A stretch of DNA of 64,000 bases, from contig BDGG01000019.1 in assembly GCA_001949185.1 (NCBI GenBank), positions 64,892 through 128,891 on the forward strand, written 5' to 3'. A model generated the notes under the pieces. It was not told where the DNA came from. It searched no databases and saw only the letters and a program-made list of their open reading frames with translations. Below, one piece after another: positions 13,654-27,539 of this stretch (the first letter of the stretch is position 1; every line of letters starts with the position of its first letter). Both the position numbers and the translations under genes were made by a program. This stretch comes from Ramazzottius varieornatus (taxonomy: Eukaryota > Animalia > Tardigrada).

Positions 13654-13703
13654 NNNNNNNNNNNNNNNNNNNNNNNNNNNNNNNNNNNNNNNNNNNNNNN
13701 NNN
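13654..13703. other. Assembly gap (50 N) inside an imperfect inverted repeat
   Basis: N run; the flanks CCAAGGGCGTATTGAGGTCC and GGACCTCAATACACCCTGG are near reverse complements. Confidence 0.9.
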
Positions 13704-14000
13704 AGGGCCAGATTGCGGACCTTTTAGGGACCTCAATACACCCTGGGCTCGGGCAAGGGGCGCATGCTCTACAAGCCGTTGCCTGAAAGCTTGCGCCACT
13801 TGGAAAAAACGAACTGACCGAGTTTGTTTTATCAAGCAGCGCAAATTTTCAGTGTTAAGCCTGAATGCGTGCGCCACTTGGATAAACTTTCACTTCACTT
13901 CTTTTCAGTTTCAGTTCCATATATGTACACGTAGAACCCCAGTATCATGCTCCATGTGGGAATTCCGCCTCGAGCTCGTCTATCATTTTCTGTTTTTCAG

Positions 14001-15535
14001 GGTCTTGAACGGAAACGGTGTCATGCAGTGTGAACCCAACTACAGCCCGCCCAAGCCAACTTGCTGCCACTCATTTTACCAAGGCTGGCTCGACTCGATT
14101 AGTTTTCCACTTCGAAATCAATTTTCGCCGGTTTAGCATTCTCTTTGCTGGCTCTCGGAAAATTATTGGCCAAAAATCTGTTTACAGAAAGTCATGATCG
14201 ACGTTAACCTCGGGGAGGTGCTGAGTGAAAAACGTACCAACTTTTGTCCTTTTTGGGCTCGTTTTCGAAAAATTGTTTCTCAGTTTTCCGTTGACATCCC
14301 GCGGTACGGTTACCAAAAACGATTAAGACAAACATTGAACTAAAGGAAAAGTGGCTGGAACCGCACATCAACCGTTCTGGACAACAGTGAGAATTTTTTT
14401 CGGAAACTTATTTTCCCGGCAAAATGGTCTGATCCGACGGTTCTAAATCGTTTGTCAAGTTCGTTTGGACCTCTTCTGGTCTTGCTCGATTCTTTTCGGT
14501 TATTGGACTAGTTACATGTTTAGTTGCAACAATGTCAGGATCTTAACAACATCAAGCATGGATTTTTGTAGACTGCGTTTGAACCCCCGGGCGGTATGTT
14601 TTCCCCACCGGAAGTCATACTAGTCCAGTTTTTCAAACAGCTTGTCACCATAACTGAACGAATCATAGGTCAGTCGAAGCAGCTTGAAAATTTGTACGGA
14701 GAAAGGGCAAACACGAACGGGAATGTAGCATTCTGAATTTTTCCTCGTCGAAATGCCAGGTGGTAGCAAGTTGGCTTGGGCGGGGTGTATATAGACAGTT
14801 ATACGGAAGAGTCGGTTTTCACACGAGAAGCCGGTAATTGGGGCTACGATCAGTTGTGCAAACACGCGGAGATTTCGGAGCCCAACCCGACGCTGTTCCT
14901 CACTGATGGCGCTGAAGCTGCGGGTCGAGGTCAAGTACTGGGCTCCCGAGCACATTCGGTGGACGAATGCAGCCCGACGATCCACTGCAAAAGAAGCTGC
15001 GCCGTCTTTTTGAAGTAGACGTCGGCAAGGACTTAATTCTCGGTTCTGCCAACGTCGAGGAGCGTCATCGGGCCGGCCATTTATGGCGCAAGTTCGTCAG
15101 GTTTCCTCGACTATCTTGCGCCAGAATCAGAGCGTGGAAGTCCAGAACGGTCGCCACACCGTGCAACACACTTCCTCGATCACTTAGGACGCGCTACTGC
15201 GTTAGATCTACTACGACAGCAGGGAAGGACTGGCTCGGTACACCGAAGATGTTCTGGAACTGGCTAACTCCTATAAGATGAACGAACTGAAGGAAGCTTG
15301 CGAGAGAATACTGCCATTCGGCTTGACCAGCCGGAATGTGTGCGGACTTGCTCCTGATGGCTTACGGTTTACCTGCCCCATCATGAAGACCGCTGCCCTG
15401 AGTGATCTTCGCCATGTTGCTGTGAACCTAAGAGCTCTGGAAGACACCAGCCAGATCGAGGCAATTTTGAATGATAACAACGCTGAACTCGCACAAGAAG
15501 TCATCAATGGAATGGCTCGATGGAGAACCCGATGA
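14001..15535 (+). pseudogene. MATH-BTB (SPOP-like) pseudogene interrupted by a MITE
   Basis: MATH-like VLNGNG...PNY/IDSYTEESVFTREAGNWGYDQLCKHAEI...FLTDG/LKLRVEV and BTB-like IT*DALLR*IYYD...EDVLELANSYKMNELKEACERIL. Contains frameshifts and two in-frame TAG codons. Confidence 0.7.
14043..14787. mobile_element. TA-flanked non-autonomous element, family B copy 1
   Basis: TA|CAGCCCGCCCAAGCCAACTTGCTGCCA ... TGGTAGCAAGTTGGCTTGGGCGGGGTG|TA. TIRs and the internal CCCCACCGGAAGTCATA are shared with 18044-18651. Confidence 0.85.
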
Positions 15536-15899
15536 AGCTTGCGGCGCTACCTAGAAAGAATCTCACCTCTGCGAAACTTTTTGTTTTTTACCTACAGTGC
15601 CTCCTAAACATTCTTCCATGTTCGACTTGTACCGACTATGGATGTCGATCTGCTTTAGTATGGGCGTCTCTTGGAACTGAAAGGCGCCGTGAGAAACATT
15701 CTCGTTACTCTTTCTGGCACGAATGGTCCATCTTCATTCGCTTTGTGTCGAAAAGCATCTTACCCCTTGTTACACAAACCACTGAGTTACCGAGACTGAA
15801 AGCAGGAAATTAGGTTGGAAATAAATAAACAGGAGAAACGCAAGCATACAAAACTAACCGTAAAAAGAAAACATCAGATTCACGAGGCGTAGAGCAAGG

Positions 15900-18777
<2,878 letters not shown>

Positions 18778-20044
18778 CTTGATCACCGGGATATCCTCGT
18801 CAGCCTGTCGAAAGACCGATGAGAACACGAGGCAAGGGAACTGGAAGCACCGATGATCAGATAGTGTAAGGAAAGACACAAGAGAAGTGAAGTTTCTTCT
18901 TCGCCGGAAGTTCGGAAGAGTCCGAAAGTGCGACGAAAGACGAGACGGACGACAGACGAAATTTTGGAGTCATCGGACTGTTTTCGTTCTATGGCTCGCC
19001 CCCGTGACCACCCGGGGCAAAGTTTATCCACCCGCGGTGGATTTTGCACGCGATGAAAGGTCGACCTTCGACTGCTCACTGCTGTTAACTGGGAGGCTGA
19101 TACCAAACTTGACTAGCGTAGGATATTTAATTAGTGCTGATAATTTGTTCCGCCCACTCCTTGCTCTAATCACGAGAGGTTGAGACTCGCTAATCGAAGC
19201 CCGCGATTAGCGTAAGTGTTCCGGGAGCATTTGCAAGACAAGCACCGTTTTTCGAAGATTAGTTCAGATCGAGATATCAAACTGAACAAAACTTCGAATT
19301 CAAATTAGCATACGGGTATGAGAGATTGTCGGTTGTGGTTCTGAAAGCTAAACCGGATCAGTCATCAACTTCTATTCTCTGAGAATGGTCACAGTTAAAG
19401 GTAAAGTGAAATTGAGAAAGGGGTTAAACCTGCAGTCGAAGAAACAGTGTCTGTTGTGGTAAAGCCACAGTTAAAGGTTAAGTTTCGTATGGTTTCCCAA
19501 AGCTACAGTCACACTCACAGTTACAGTGATAATTTTCAATGTTTTATCCGATATAAAAGCCCCAGTCAAGCGTGCAGTTAGGGGTATACTTTGAAGAATA
19601 ACCCATGAGCAATGTCAGGCCTCGAAAGACACAGTTAGAACAGCAGTTGGCACTTCATTGAGATATCTTGTGAGATACCCTAAAATTTGGGAAGAGTCTT
19701 GGAAAGAAATGGCCGCAGAAAAGCTTGGATAAAAAGCTACTCAAACTCATTGCTCACTGCATTAGCGGTCCATATGTCTTAATCAAGAATCAGGCATGGA
19801 TTAGCGTAGTGAGATCAAGTGATTCGGCTCCACCCACATGCTCCATCTTGATTGGCTGATTCCAGCTCAAATCAAGCTCGCTACGTTAATCAAGTTCGAT
19901 ATCAACCTCCCCACTGTTAACCTTTTTCCTGCCAGTTTTCCTTCTCGCAGTTGCACAGTTGCACTCCTTCTGTTTGGTTGGACAAGTACCTCGAAGTCTC
20001 CTTTAGTTGAGTCTCATCTTGACAGGTAGGTACACAGCGGGAAG

Positions 20045-20491
20045 ATGTCGGACAGTGATCGATTCTACGTGCGCTATTACGTTGGTCACAAGGGTAAGTT
20101 CGGCCATGAATTCCTCGAGTTTGAGTTTCGTCCCGATGGTCGTCTTCGCTACGCCAACAATTCCAACTACAAGAACGACACGATGATCCGCAAAGAAGTG
20201 GTGGTGCATCCCTCGATCCTGGAAGAAGTCAAGCGCATCATCTCGGACAGCGAAATCCTTCGCGAGAACGACACAAAATGGCCGCAGCCGGATCGTGTTG
20301 GACGACAGGAGTTGGAGATTCTGGTGGGAGACGAGCACATCTCCTTCAACACGGGCAAGATTGGATCTTTAATGGACGTCAACAACAGCCCAGATCCTGA
20401 AGGACTACGCTGCTTCTACTATCTGGTACAGGACTTGAAGTGCCTCGTCTTTTCCCTCATCGCTCTCCATTTCAAAATCAAGCCCATCTGA
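20045..20491 (+). CDS. MAGOH: Mago nashi (exon junction complex core), single coding exon
   Basis: [26 protein letters not shown]...[16 protein letters not shown]...[29 protein letters not shown]; full-length 148 aa. Confidence 0.98.
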   Translation: MSDSDRFYVRYYVGHKGKFGHEFLEFEFRPDGRLRYANNSNYKNDTMIRKEVVVHPSILEEVKRIISDSEILRENDTKWPQPDRVGRQELEILVGDEHISFNTGKIGSLMDVNNSPDPEGLRCFYYLVQDLKCLVFSLIALHFKIKPI

Positions 20492-21087
20492 ACTACTGAT
20501 TTTCTTCCATCTGTTTCTTACTATCATCCTAGCATACTTGTTGTTGTCATGAGTAACGTCAGGCCTTTTTTCTCTGCTGTTGTTGTACACTTTGTTATCC
20601 TACTGTAAATGTAGTGTCTCAAAGACTTAAAGGCTGATATAATAGTTGTTAGTTAGTCTGTTCGTAATTCACCTGAAGTTGCCCATGACGTAAGCAGTTC
20701 GTATGGGACACGAGCAATCTTGGTTTGACGTCGAAAACAACCTTGACAAATCCGAAAAGGAGACTTTCCTCGACTCACCCCGAAATACGACCAAACTTTG
20801 GTCCAGTCGACAACAGTAAAAAACGAACAAATTTACAAACAGGATAAAAACTTGAAGCCAGATAAAAAGGAACAAACAACGACAAATCAACGTAGACAAG
20901 AAAATTAAAACTAATGTGGAAAACTAAACACCCAGGGAACACGGAAGTATTGTCGACAATTGTGCAAAACAAAGCTCCAAAATGAAGCTGCCTTGGTCCG
21001 ATCGGTACAACAAAGCTGTACAAAACGCACAGACAGAGCTGAGCAAACAATTTGATTATCCGGGACACCCAAAAACAGAGGACAAAA

Positions 21088-24000
21088 CTACAAAGCATTC
21101 GTGTATTCCTGGTCAAACTTCCTTAGTTCAGCCAGGAGTCTCTTCCCCGTAGGTCTTTCATCGGGCCGAAGCACCCAGCAGCGCGACATGCTTTGATGCC
21201 TGCAGCAAAGAAAGGCGACTGTCTTACCAGAAAGTCTGATTTAGTATTTCAACATAGGACATTCAACTTACAGCTCTGCCGGACAGTTTAGAGGCCGCGC
21301 GAGGCGAAGTGTGTTCGCTAGAATGGACAAGAAGTTTCAACTCGTAGGTACATAAGTCTGCGAGGAGCTACGAGAACAAGGAGATGATAAGCGCTTACCC
21401 AAAACTTGCTCCATGTCTGCAGCATCGTACTCGGCATACGGGGTCTCGCCCAGCGAGGTGATTTCCCACATCAGTACTCCGAAACTCCACTATGAAAACA
21501 ACAGAAACCAGCTCTTCATCAGTGAAGGACAAATTCTAACTCGCTTTGATATTGATGACACTTTCGGTTCTTCTTCACGTTTTCGTTCAATAAGATTCTT
21601 CCAAAAACATTCATACTCCACTTTGCCTTTTCCTTTGTTTTTTTCTTACGATATCGCTAGCCGGTGTGAAGACATAATCGACTAGGCTTTCCTTGGCGAG
21701 CCATTTGACCGGTCGATTTTGATTGTCACCGATGCAGTCATAGTCACTGGGGAACACATCGCGAGCTAAAGCTGAGTCGGATATCTGCGCGCTAGGCATT
21801 TCGCTGTCGTCCGGTCCGATTGCTATCCTAGAAGAATAGAACGTATCGTTCGGGAAGTTCCACAGAGATCAAGCTACACAGTAAATCGATCTAAAAAGTA
21901 TTCTTACAAACAGTTTCTGGCGCCAATGTCTCGATGGACAACCGGTGGGTTCTGCGAATGCAGGAAGTCGAGTCCTTGGAGTATCTCCATGCTGATCCAT
22001 ACGGACTTCGCCAACGACGTCCACGCTTTTGTTGCATCTAATTTCAGGAACATTTTCAGGTTCTGGTAACCATGTGCTGTGTACAGCAGCATGGGTATAT
22101 CCGGCTTGTTAAGGTCTTCAGAGCGCATTAACGAGAATGCTCTGACGGCGTTGATGTTTCTATGATCTCCCGTCGCCACTGCTTGTTGGAGAAGAAGGGC
22201 TTCTTCCAGCATAGCTCGTGTCTGAATGTCAGTCACGCTGCCTTCTTTTAGGGTCTTGATCCACACTTCCGTCACCGTGAGTTCACCATTCTCAGTCAGG
22301 TGAGCCACACCTCTACAAAGGAGTCCAAACGTCCCTGAAACCAAATGAGAAGTCACGTAACAGCTTCATTCCCGCTTCTGCTACAGTTTGGGAGTTCAGC
22401 AAGTCTCTGTTTTCAAGTGGCCCACGTTGTCATCGATACTGGCCAGCAGCCTGCGCCACTGTAAAACAATCTTGTCCAGTACAGTATGTTTCCAATTGGC
22501 GCACGCTTCCAGTGCTATGGTTGAGAACGTGCACCACTTGGAAAGACAATATTGTCGCGTTTGCTTAGGTATCCTCTCGTGTTTACCTTCCATAATTGTT
22601 TGGGTTATATGGACAGAGGAGCGCCCTTCTGACCGCATGGGATCCGCTTCAATGTAGGTATTCTTCTTGAAGTTTTCTATCAAAAGCGTCAAAACTTCCG
22701 TCTCATACAAGAACAACTGCTGTGAGTTCAGATGCGCCATCGATCTCCCAGTGCCAAGTACACTAGGGTACACCGAAGACGGCGGATGGACGGCTGATTC
22801 TCGTCCAGAAGTCTCGTAGTACTGTCCCGCATGTCGAAGAAGCGAGTCTTTCACGGAAGACGTCGCGTAGTACCCGTTAGGATCGCGTGGGTCTTCTTCA
22901 GGTGAAGCCACCTACGAGGAAAGACAATTACAATATCGACGCTCAAACGTTCCTCGTTGAGGTTAAAATTCTCAAGAGAATACCTGGCCGTTGAGCGAAG
23001 TCAGTTGCCCAAAGTGTGAATTCGCTTCCATGTCCAGATCGGATGGTTTCTTCTTGGATTTTTGAACAATGAGAGCGACGGCGACGATGACTATGAAGAA
23101 GGCTACGGTCACCGAGCCCACGATGGCGAGGAACTTCGTGTTGACACCTTGAGTCATATCCCGTCTCGTTGCGTTGTCGGCTGCGGAGAAAAGCGAACCG
23201 AGGAAGCCATCTTTCGGTGCGAGAAACGTCTCATCTTGCGAACCTAAAAACACATATGACATTGCAAGCTATACCGACACGAACAACGGTACAGTATGAC
23301 CTTACATCACACACGAAACGTAAAAAACACGACAACCAGGCTTCAACACTGATGTGCTGCTGAAGCGCGCGTCTGTCGGAGCATGGCAAGCGAAAACGCG
23401 CAAAATTAAAATGGTAGGCCATAAATTCACCGGAGCCAGGTCTCGTATGTAGGAAACCTTGGCATCGAATCCCGGTAGAAGTGCTTTTTCAAATATTGAG
23501 CTAACAGGTGCAGTCAATCAACCGAAGTGTGGTTTTGTTTCTTTTTCATACCCAAGCTGCGGTGGAGGTGGATTGAATGATCTTACTTTTCGGTCAAATT
23601 AACAATCTGGTACGCCACAGAATGTTTACGTCATGACTAAAATCTGCCCCGCATTATGCTTTGACGCATAACGTCTAGGATACTTTACGGTTTCCTTCCA
23701 GCAACGCGCGCTTCAGCAGCACATCAGTGGGCTTCAAGGATCGCAGACTACGATTCATAGTTGTTTTACATCTTTCATAGTTAGATTCGTAGTCTCCTTA
23801 CCGTTGAGGCAGATCTTCTTTCTTTTCAGTTGCAAATCATAGTGATTGTCCAATGTCCCAGCTCTGATCGTAAGGTAAATCGTCAGGTCAATTTCCCCGT
23901 GGGCTTTTCCCGTGCATGGCAGAGTGATGTTGAACTCTGCAAAAGGAGCAAAAGCAAAGTCATTGATCAGACTGCAAAAAATCCACAGACGGTCCGAGAC

Positions 24001-24528
24001 GAAAAATAAAACGGACACTCTTGGGTGGTGTACTAACTTTGTAATCCTCTTGGGATTCCACCTTTGTGAGACTGAAGGCTGGAAGACCATTTCCCTATGG
24101 CTGGATCTGGATTGTAGACGACATTCAGTTCGTAAGAAGCCTAACAGGCAACAGAAATCAGCACGAATAAAAATGTTAAACTCGTCTGGCTGCAATTTTC
24201 CATCCGTTGGCAAGTCTCACCACGAATACTGGATGTCGGTAGTCCCAGTAGAAGTTCAAGGTAGAGACGTGTGCCGGGATGACCCAGGTAAACTTCTCCG
24301 CGTATCGATTAAGACCGCCATCTCTGATATAGCAAAGCTCGCTCTTTTGACCTGCAAAACAAAGTGTCATAATTATCTTCTTGGCTGTGGTCCTGCCGGC
24401 CATGGCAATTTCAGCTTACCAGTTAGCTTTTCCGTGTCAGAGGATGGTACACAAAAGTCAAGGAAAGCATCACACCGCGCCAGAAGACTTCCGAAGAGGG
24501 ATAACAACACAAGCGACACTGGAGCCAT
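21088..24528 (-). CDS. RYK: RYK/Derailed/LIN-18 Wnt receptor (WIF domain, TM, pseudokinase), multi-exon
   Basis: Signal peptide MAPVSLVLLSLFGSLLARCDA; WIF domain ELCYIRDGGLNRYAEKFTWVIPAHVSTLNFYW...FNITLPCTGKAHGE...LKRKKIC; TM FLAIVGSVTVAFFIVIVAVALIV; kinase GTFG, HRDIGARNC, ISDSALARDVFPSDYDCIGDNQNRPVKWLA (DSA replaces DFG, as expected for RYK). Confidence 0.93.
23347..23729. mobile_element. hAT-type MITE (383 bp) in a RYK intron
   Basis: Perfect 26-bp TIR CACTGATGTGCTGCTGAAGCGCGCGT with an exact 8-bp TSD GGCTTCAA on both sides (23339-23346, 23730-23737). Confidence 0.92.
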
Positions 24529-25093
24529 TCTTGGTTACGCTGTGACGATGACATCTTACAAACTGGACCGTACCTCCTCGTAGCCATATCTTCCTTCACG
24601 ACACATTATTGGTGCTCCTGAACAGTCAGATCCGGACAGTCAGAAAGGACCACAAAGAACTCTGAGAAAACTGGGAGAAAATCGGAAATGATTTAGATTG
24701 AATTCCCTGACAGTCTGGATCATGCTGAACAGTGAACATGGAAAGCCGTTCAGTGCAATACAGATCGACAACCTACATTAGCATAACTCTTCCCCTAGAC
24801 ATGGTGCTGCAGCACAGTATTTCCAATTTGTGTACTCATTCGTCCTGACCTGGCCGCGCGGAACGAGAAGATCACACTTCAAGTCCGAAATTGTCCGCAT
24901 TTTTACAACGCTCCGGTTTAAGATAAACCGTTCAACAATACAACTTCCTTCGAAAGAACGTAAAAATTTAGACAAAAGTCACAGAACCTAGACTGGAAAC
25001 AGTAAATTGGAAGCATCAACGAAAAATTAACAACAAAAAACCAACATACGAAAAACTCGTACCAGGAGGAAGTAATGCAGTTGCGAGAAACGC

Positions 25094-26294
25094 TCAAGAC
25101 GAAGACATTTGTGCTAGTCTCCCATTTCGCGCTGGTTCTTTGTGAAGAGGTTCGTGTTTCTTTTTTGTCTGGCGTTCCGCTTGAAGTCTGGATTTTCCCC
25201 CGATTTCCCCCCTACATTTCTCGGTTCCACAAAAACATTTTCGCGACGGGACGCCTGGTTGGTACTGCCAACGATAATCAAAAGTAATCTCTTCGCCCGC
25301 CTGAATATCCTTGATGGCAATCAGAGCAATCCGAGTTTCGCCATCCACCTTCCACTTTTCACTTGAGCAATTTTCATCACAAGAGTGATTGGCAAAACGG
25401 GCCAGGTTACCTGCTGGCCCCGCATCTATCACACGCCCTTCGGTCAGGTCCAGAAAATAATAGTCCTCATCCCCACAAATGCTCATAATGTGCAACCGCT
25501 GATCGCGTTCTTGGTTCGTGATTATCTCTCCGACATACTCGATCACCAGATCTCCCTGAAACCAGCAGCTTCAATCTCGAAATATTACGAGAAACAACAA
25601 ACTCATACTCGTACCTTTTTGATATCCTCTTCAGTGAAGAGTGCCAAGCCTCGATCAGGCGTGTAGAAGGTCTTCAAACCCGGGTACTGTCGATAGCGTA
25701 GTCTTTGGTTCTGGCAGAGCTCCCCGGTAAGACACGACTCTGGACATTCGTAACCCATATCACGGTTAAGGCAGCCGGTATTCGGTCCACATGGGGAAGC
25801 AGCTGAAGGCGAACAGTTACAGATGGAGTCGTCGTCGTCGGTCTTCCAGCGCTTTCTTCCATAAAGGCCAAAATCCACCGTGATGTTCCTCTGTAAAAAC
25901 ACCCATATCTACGCGTGCGTTTGTTGCACTTAGTTTCCACAGAATATGCGGACAAGCGCCAATTCCGACACCAGATGAAAACCACTGCTTACCTCTATTT
26001 TGATATAACTGGGTCGAAGTCCCTCGAGCCACTTCGTGATGTATGAATTTCTCTCGGCCAGCAGCTCCGGGATCCCCTCGGCTTCCGTAAATCCTTTAAA
26101 CAGCAGCAACGATACACTAATCTTTGACATTGTACAACATGCATACACTCATGTTATACTGTAACTCCAGTACTATATGTGACTCAGTTTGCCAGAACCA
26201 TAATAACCTTAAATACCTTCCAGAAAGGGATTCTTCTCCATCTCGTCCGGTCCACTCTTTGTAAAGTCGAAGTCTGACGAAGCGGCGTCCTTGG
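25094..26294 (-). CDS. Short NSD/SET2-class histone lysine methyltransferase (AWS-SET-postSET); 5' end unresolved (may extend to ~26590)
   Basis: AWS CNCSPSAASPCGPNTGCLNR...ECPESCLTGELCQNQ; SET RGLALFTEEDIKK|GDLVIEYVGE...IDAGPAGNLARFANHSCDENC...GEEITFDY; postSET CFCGTEKCRG. Confidence 0.85.
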
Positions 26295-26682
26295 CTGCAC
26301 ATCATAGGCAAAGCTTCTATCAGGGTATCAACCCAGCGCTCTCGCAAAGCGGCCTTTCATGGCGCGACCGGAGCATCACAATTAACTGTTCCCACTTCCG
26401 CTCTGCTGTCTTCCACGATCCAGCATCCTGTGACTCCTGTCCAGATTTTGAGACTGAGACCTTCCCCAGGCGGGTCAAGGGCTGGCTTGGGAAAACCCTG
26501 GGGAAATTTACTAAAGGTCAAACTTTGAAATTCTTCATCCTTTGTTGATGATCCTCTTCGAACCTCCTTCTCACTCTTTTCTGAATTCACAGGTACCAGG
26601 ATCTGTGGAATGTCTCTGGATTAGGTACGATCTGGAGTGATCTGATACCCAGCCCGTACTGTGCGCGCGCTGAGTGGTGGAT

Positions 26683-27057
26683 ATGGCTGCGCCGTCGACG
26701 ACTCCCGACGTGAAGACGCCACCAGGACGCGCGCCGTTCCTTAATCAGATTCAGAATGATTTTATGAGAAAAGCCGACATGTGGAACAGAGAACGTGTCC
26801 TTCAAATGAGGAAGCTAAAAGCCAAGAACATTCTTACGGGTCTTCTTCTGGGAGGCACGGTCGCCAGTATATGTAGGTTGTCCTGATGGAATTTCCATAA
26901 ATCTGCTTTCACTTGTCATCTTTCTGTTTTGACCATCTGTTTCGTCCAAAAACGCATTGCACTACTTGCTTTTGTTGCAGACGCTTACTCCATCATGGCC
27001 ATCAAACAAGAAACGTTCCTCGATGACCTAGACGAACCCGAAAGAGCTGAAACGTAA
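26683..27057 (+). CDS. COA3: Cytochrome c oxidase assembly factor 3 (CCDC56), 2 exons
   Basis: ...RKLKAKNILTGLLLGGTVASIY|AYSIMAIKQETFLDDLDEP: single TM followed by the QExFLDD motif of COA3. Confidence 0.85.
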
Positions 27058-27539
27058 CCTCAATGTTTGATTTCACATTTTCATGCGATCGAATTCTTTC
27101 AGTTTCTCTGTATGTTTTATGTTTGAACTTATCTGAGTGTTTTACCCTGGTGATCTTTGTCTTTGCTACTGCCTTATATGGACTGGAAACCTATGTTCTC
27201 CGGCGGAATCAATCGCGGGCGGCGGAAGATTTCCTCCTGGCCGTAGGCACGTAGTAGACTAAGTAGAGTCAGGGAGGCAGAGTTTACCATTTTGTAGTCT
27301 GGTGTGTACCGTACGCTGCACTTGAAATCAATCAGTGTCAAACTGTTAGTACAACTTTGGTTACTTGTACTCGTACGTTTACTCACAGTTACAAGTCAAA
27401 AGTCAAAACATTGTGGCAAATAAAACAGCTGATCACTTTCCGCGCTTCTTCCACGATCTTTTTTCCCTCCAGCAATCCAGTTTAATCTTCCGGCTCACAT
27501 TCTTGTCCCGTCTTGCCTGATCTTGTTCAGGGAAGAAAA

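Noticed and set aside
15186-15205. In-frame TAG codons in the BTB region as possible stop-codon recoding
   Set aside because: They co-occur with frameshifts and a transposon insertion, and TAG terminates intact genes here (RYK, GCP4, POLA1), so pseudogenisation is simpler.
21690-21800. Non-canonical kinase DFG motif (DSA) as a novelty
   Set aside because: Expected for RYK-family pseudokinases.
23912-24583. 223-aa plus-strand ORF
   Set aside because: Antisense to RYK exons and introns; no recognisable motifs.
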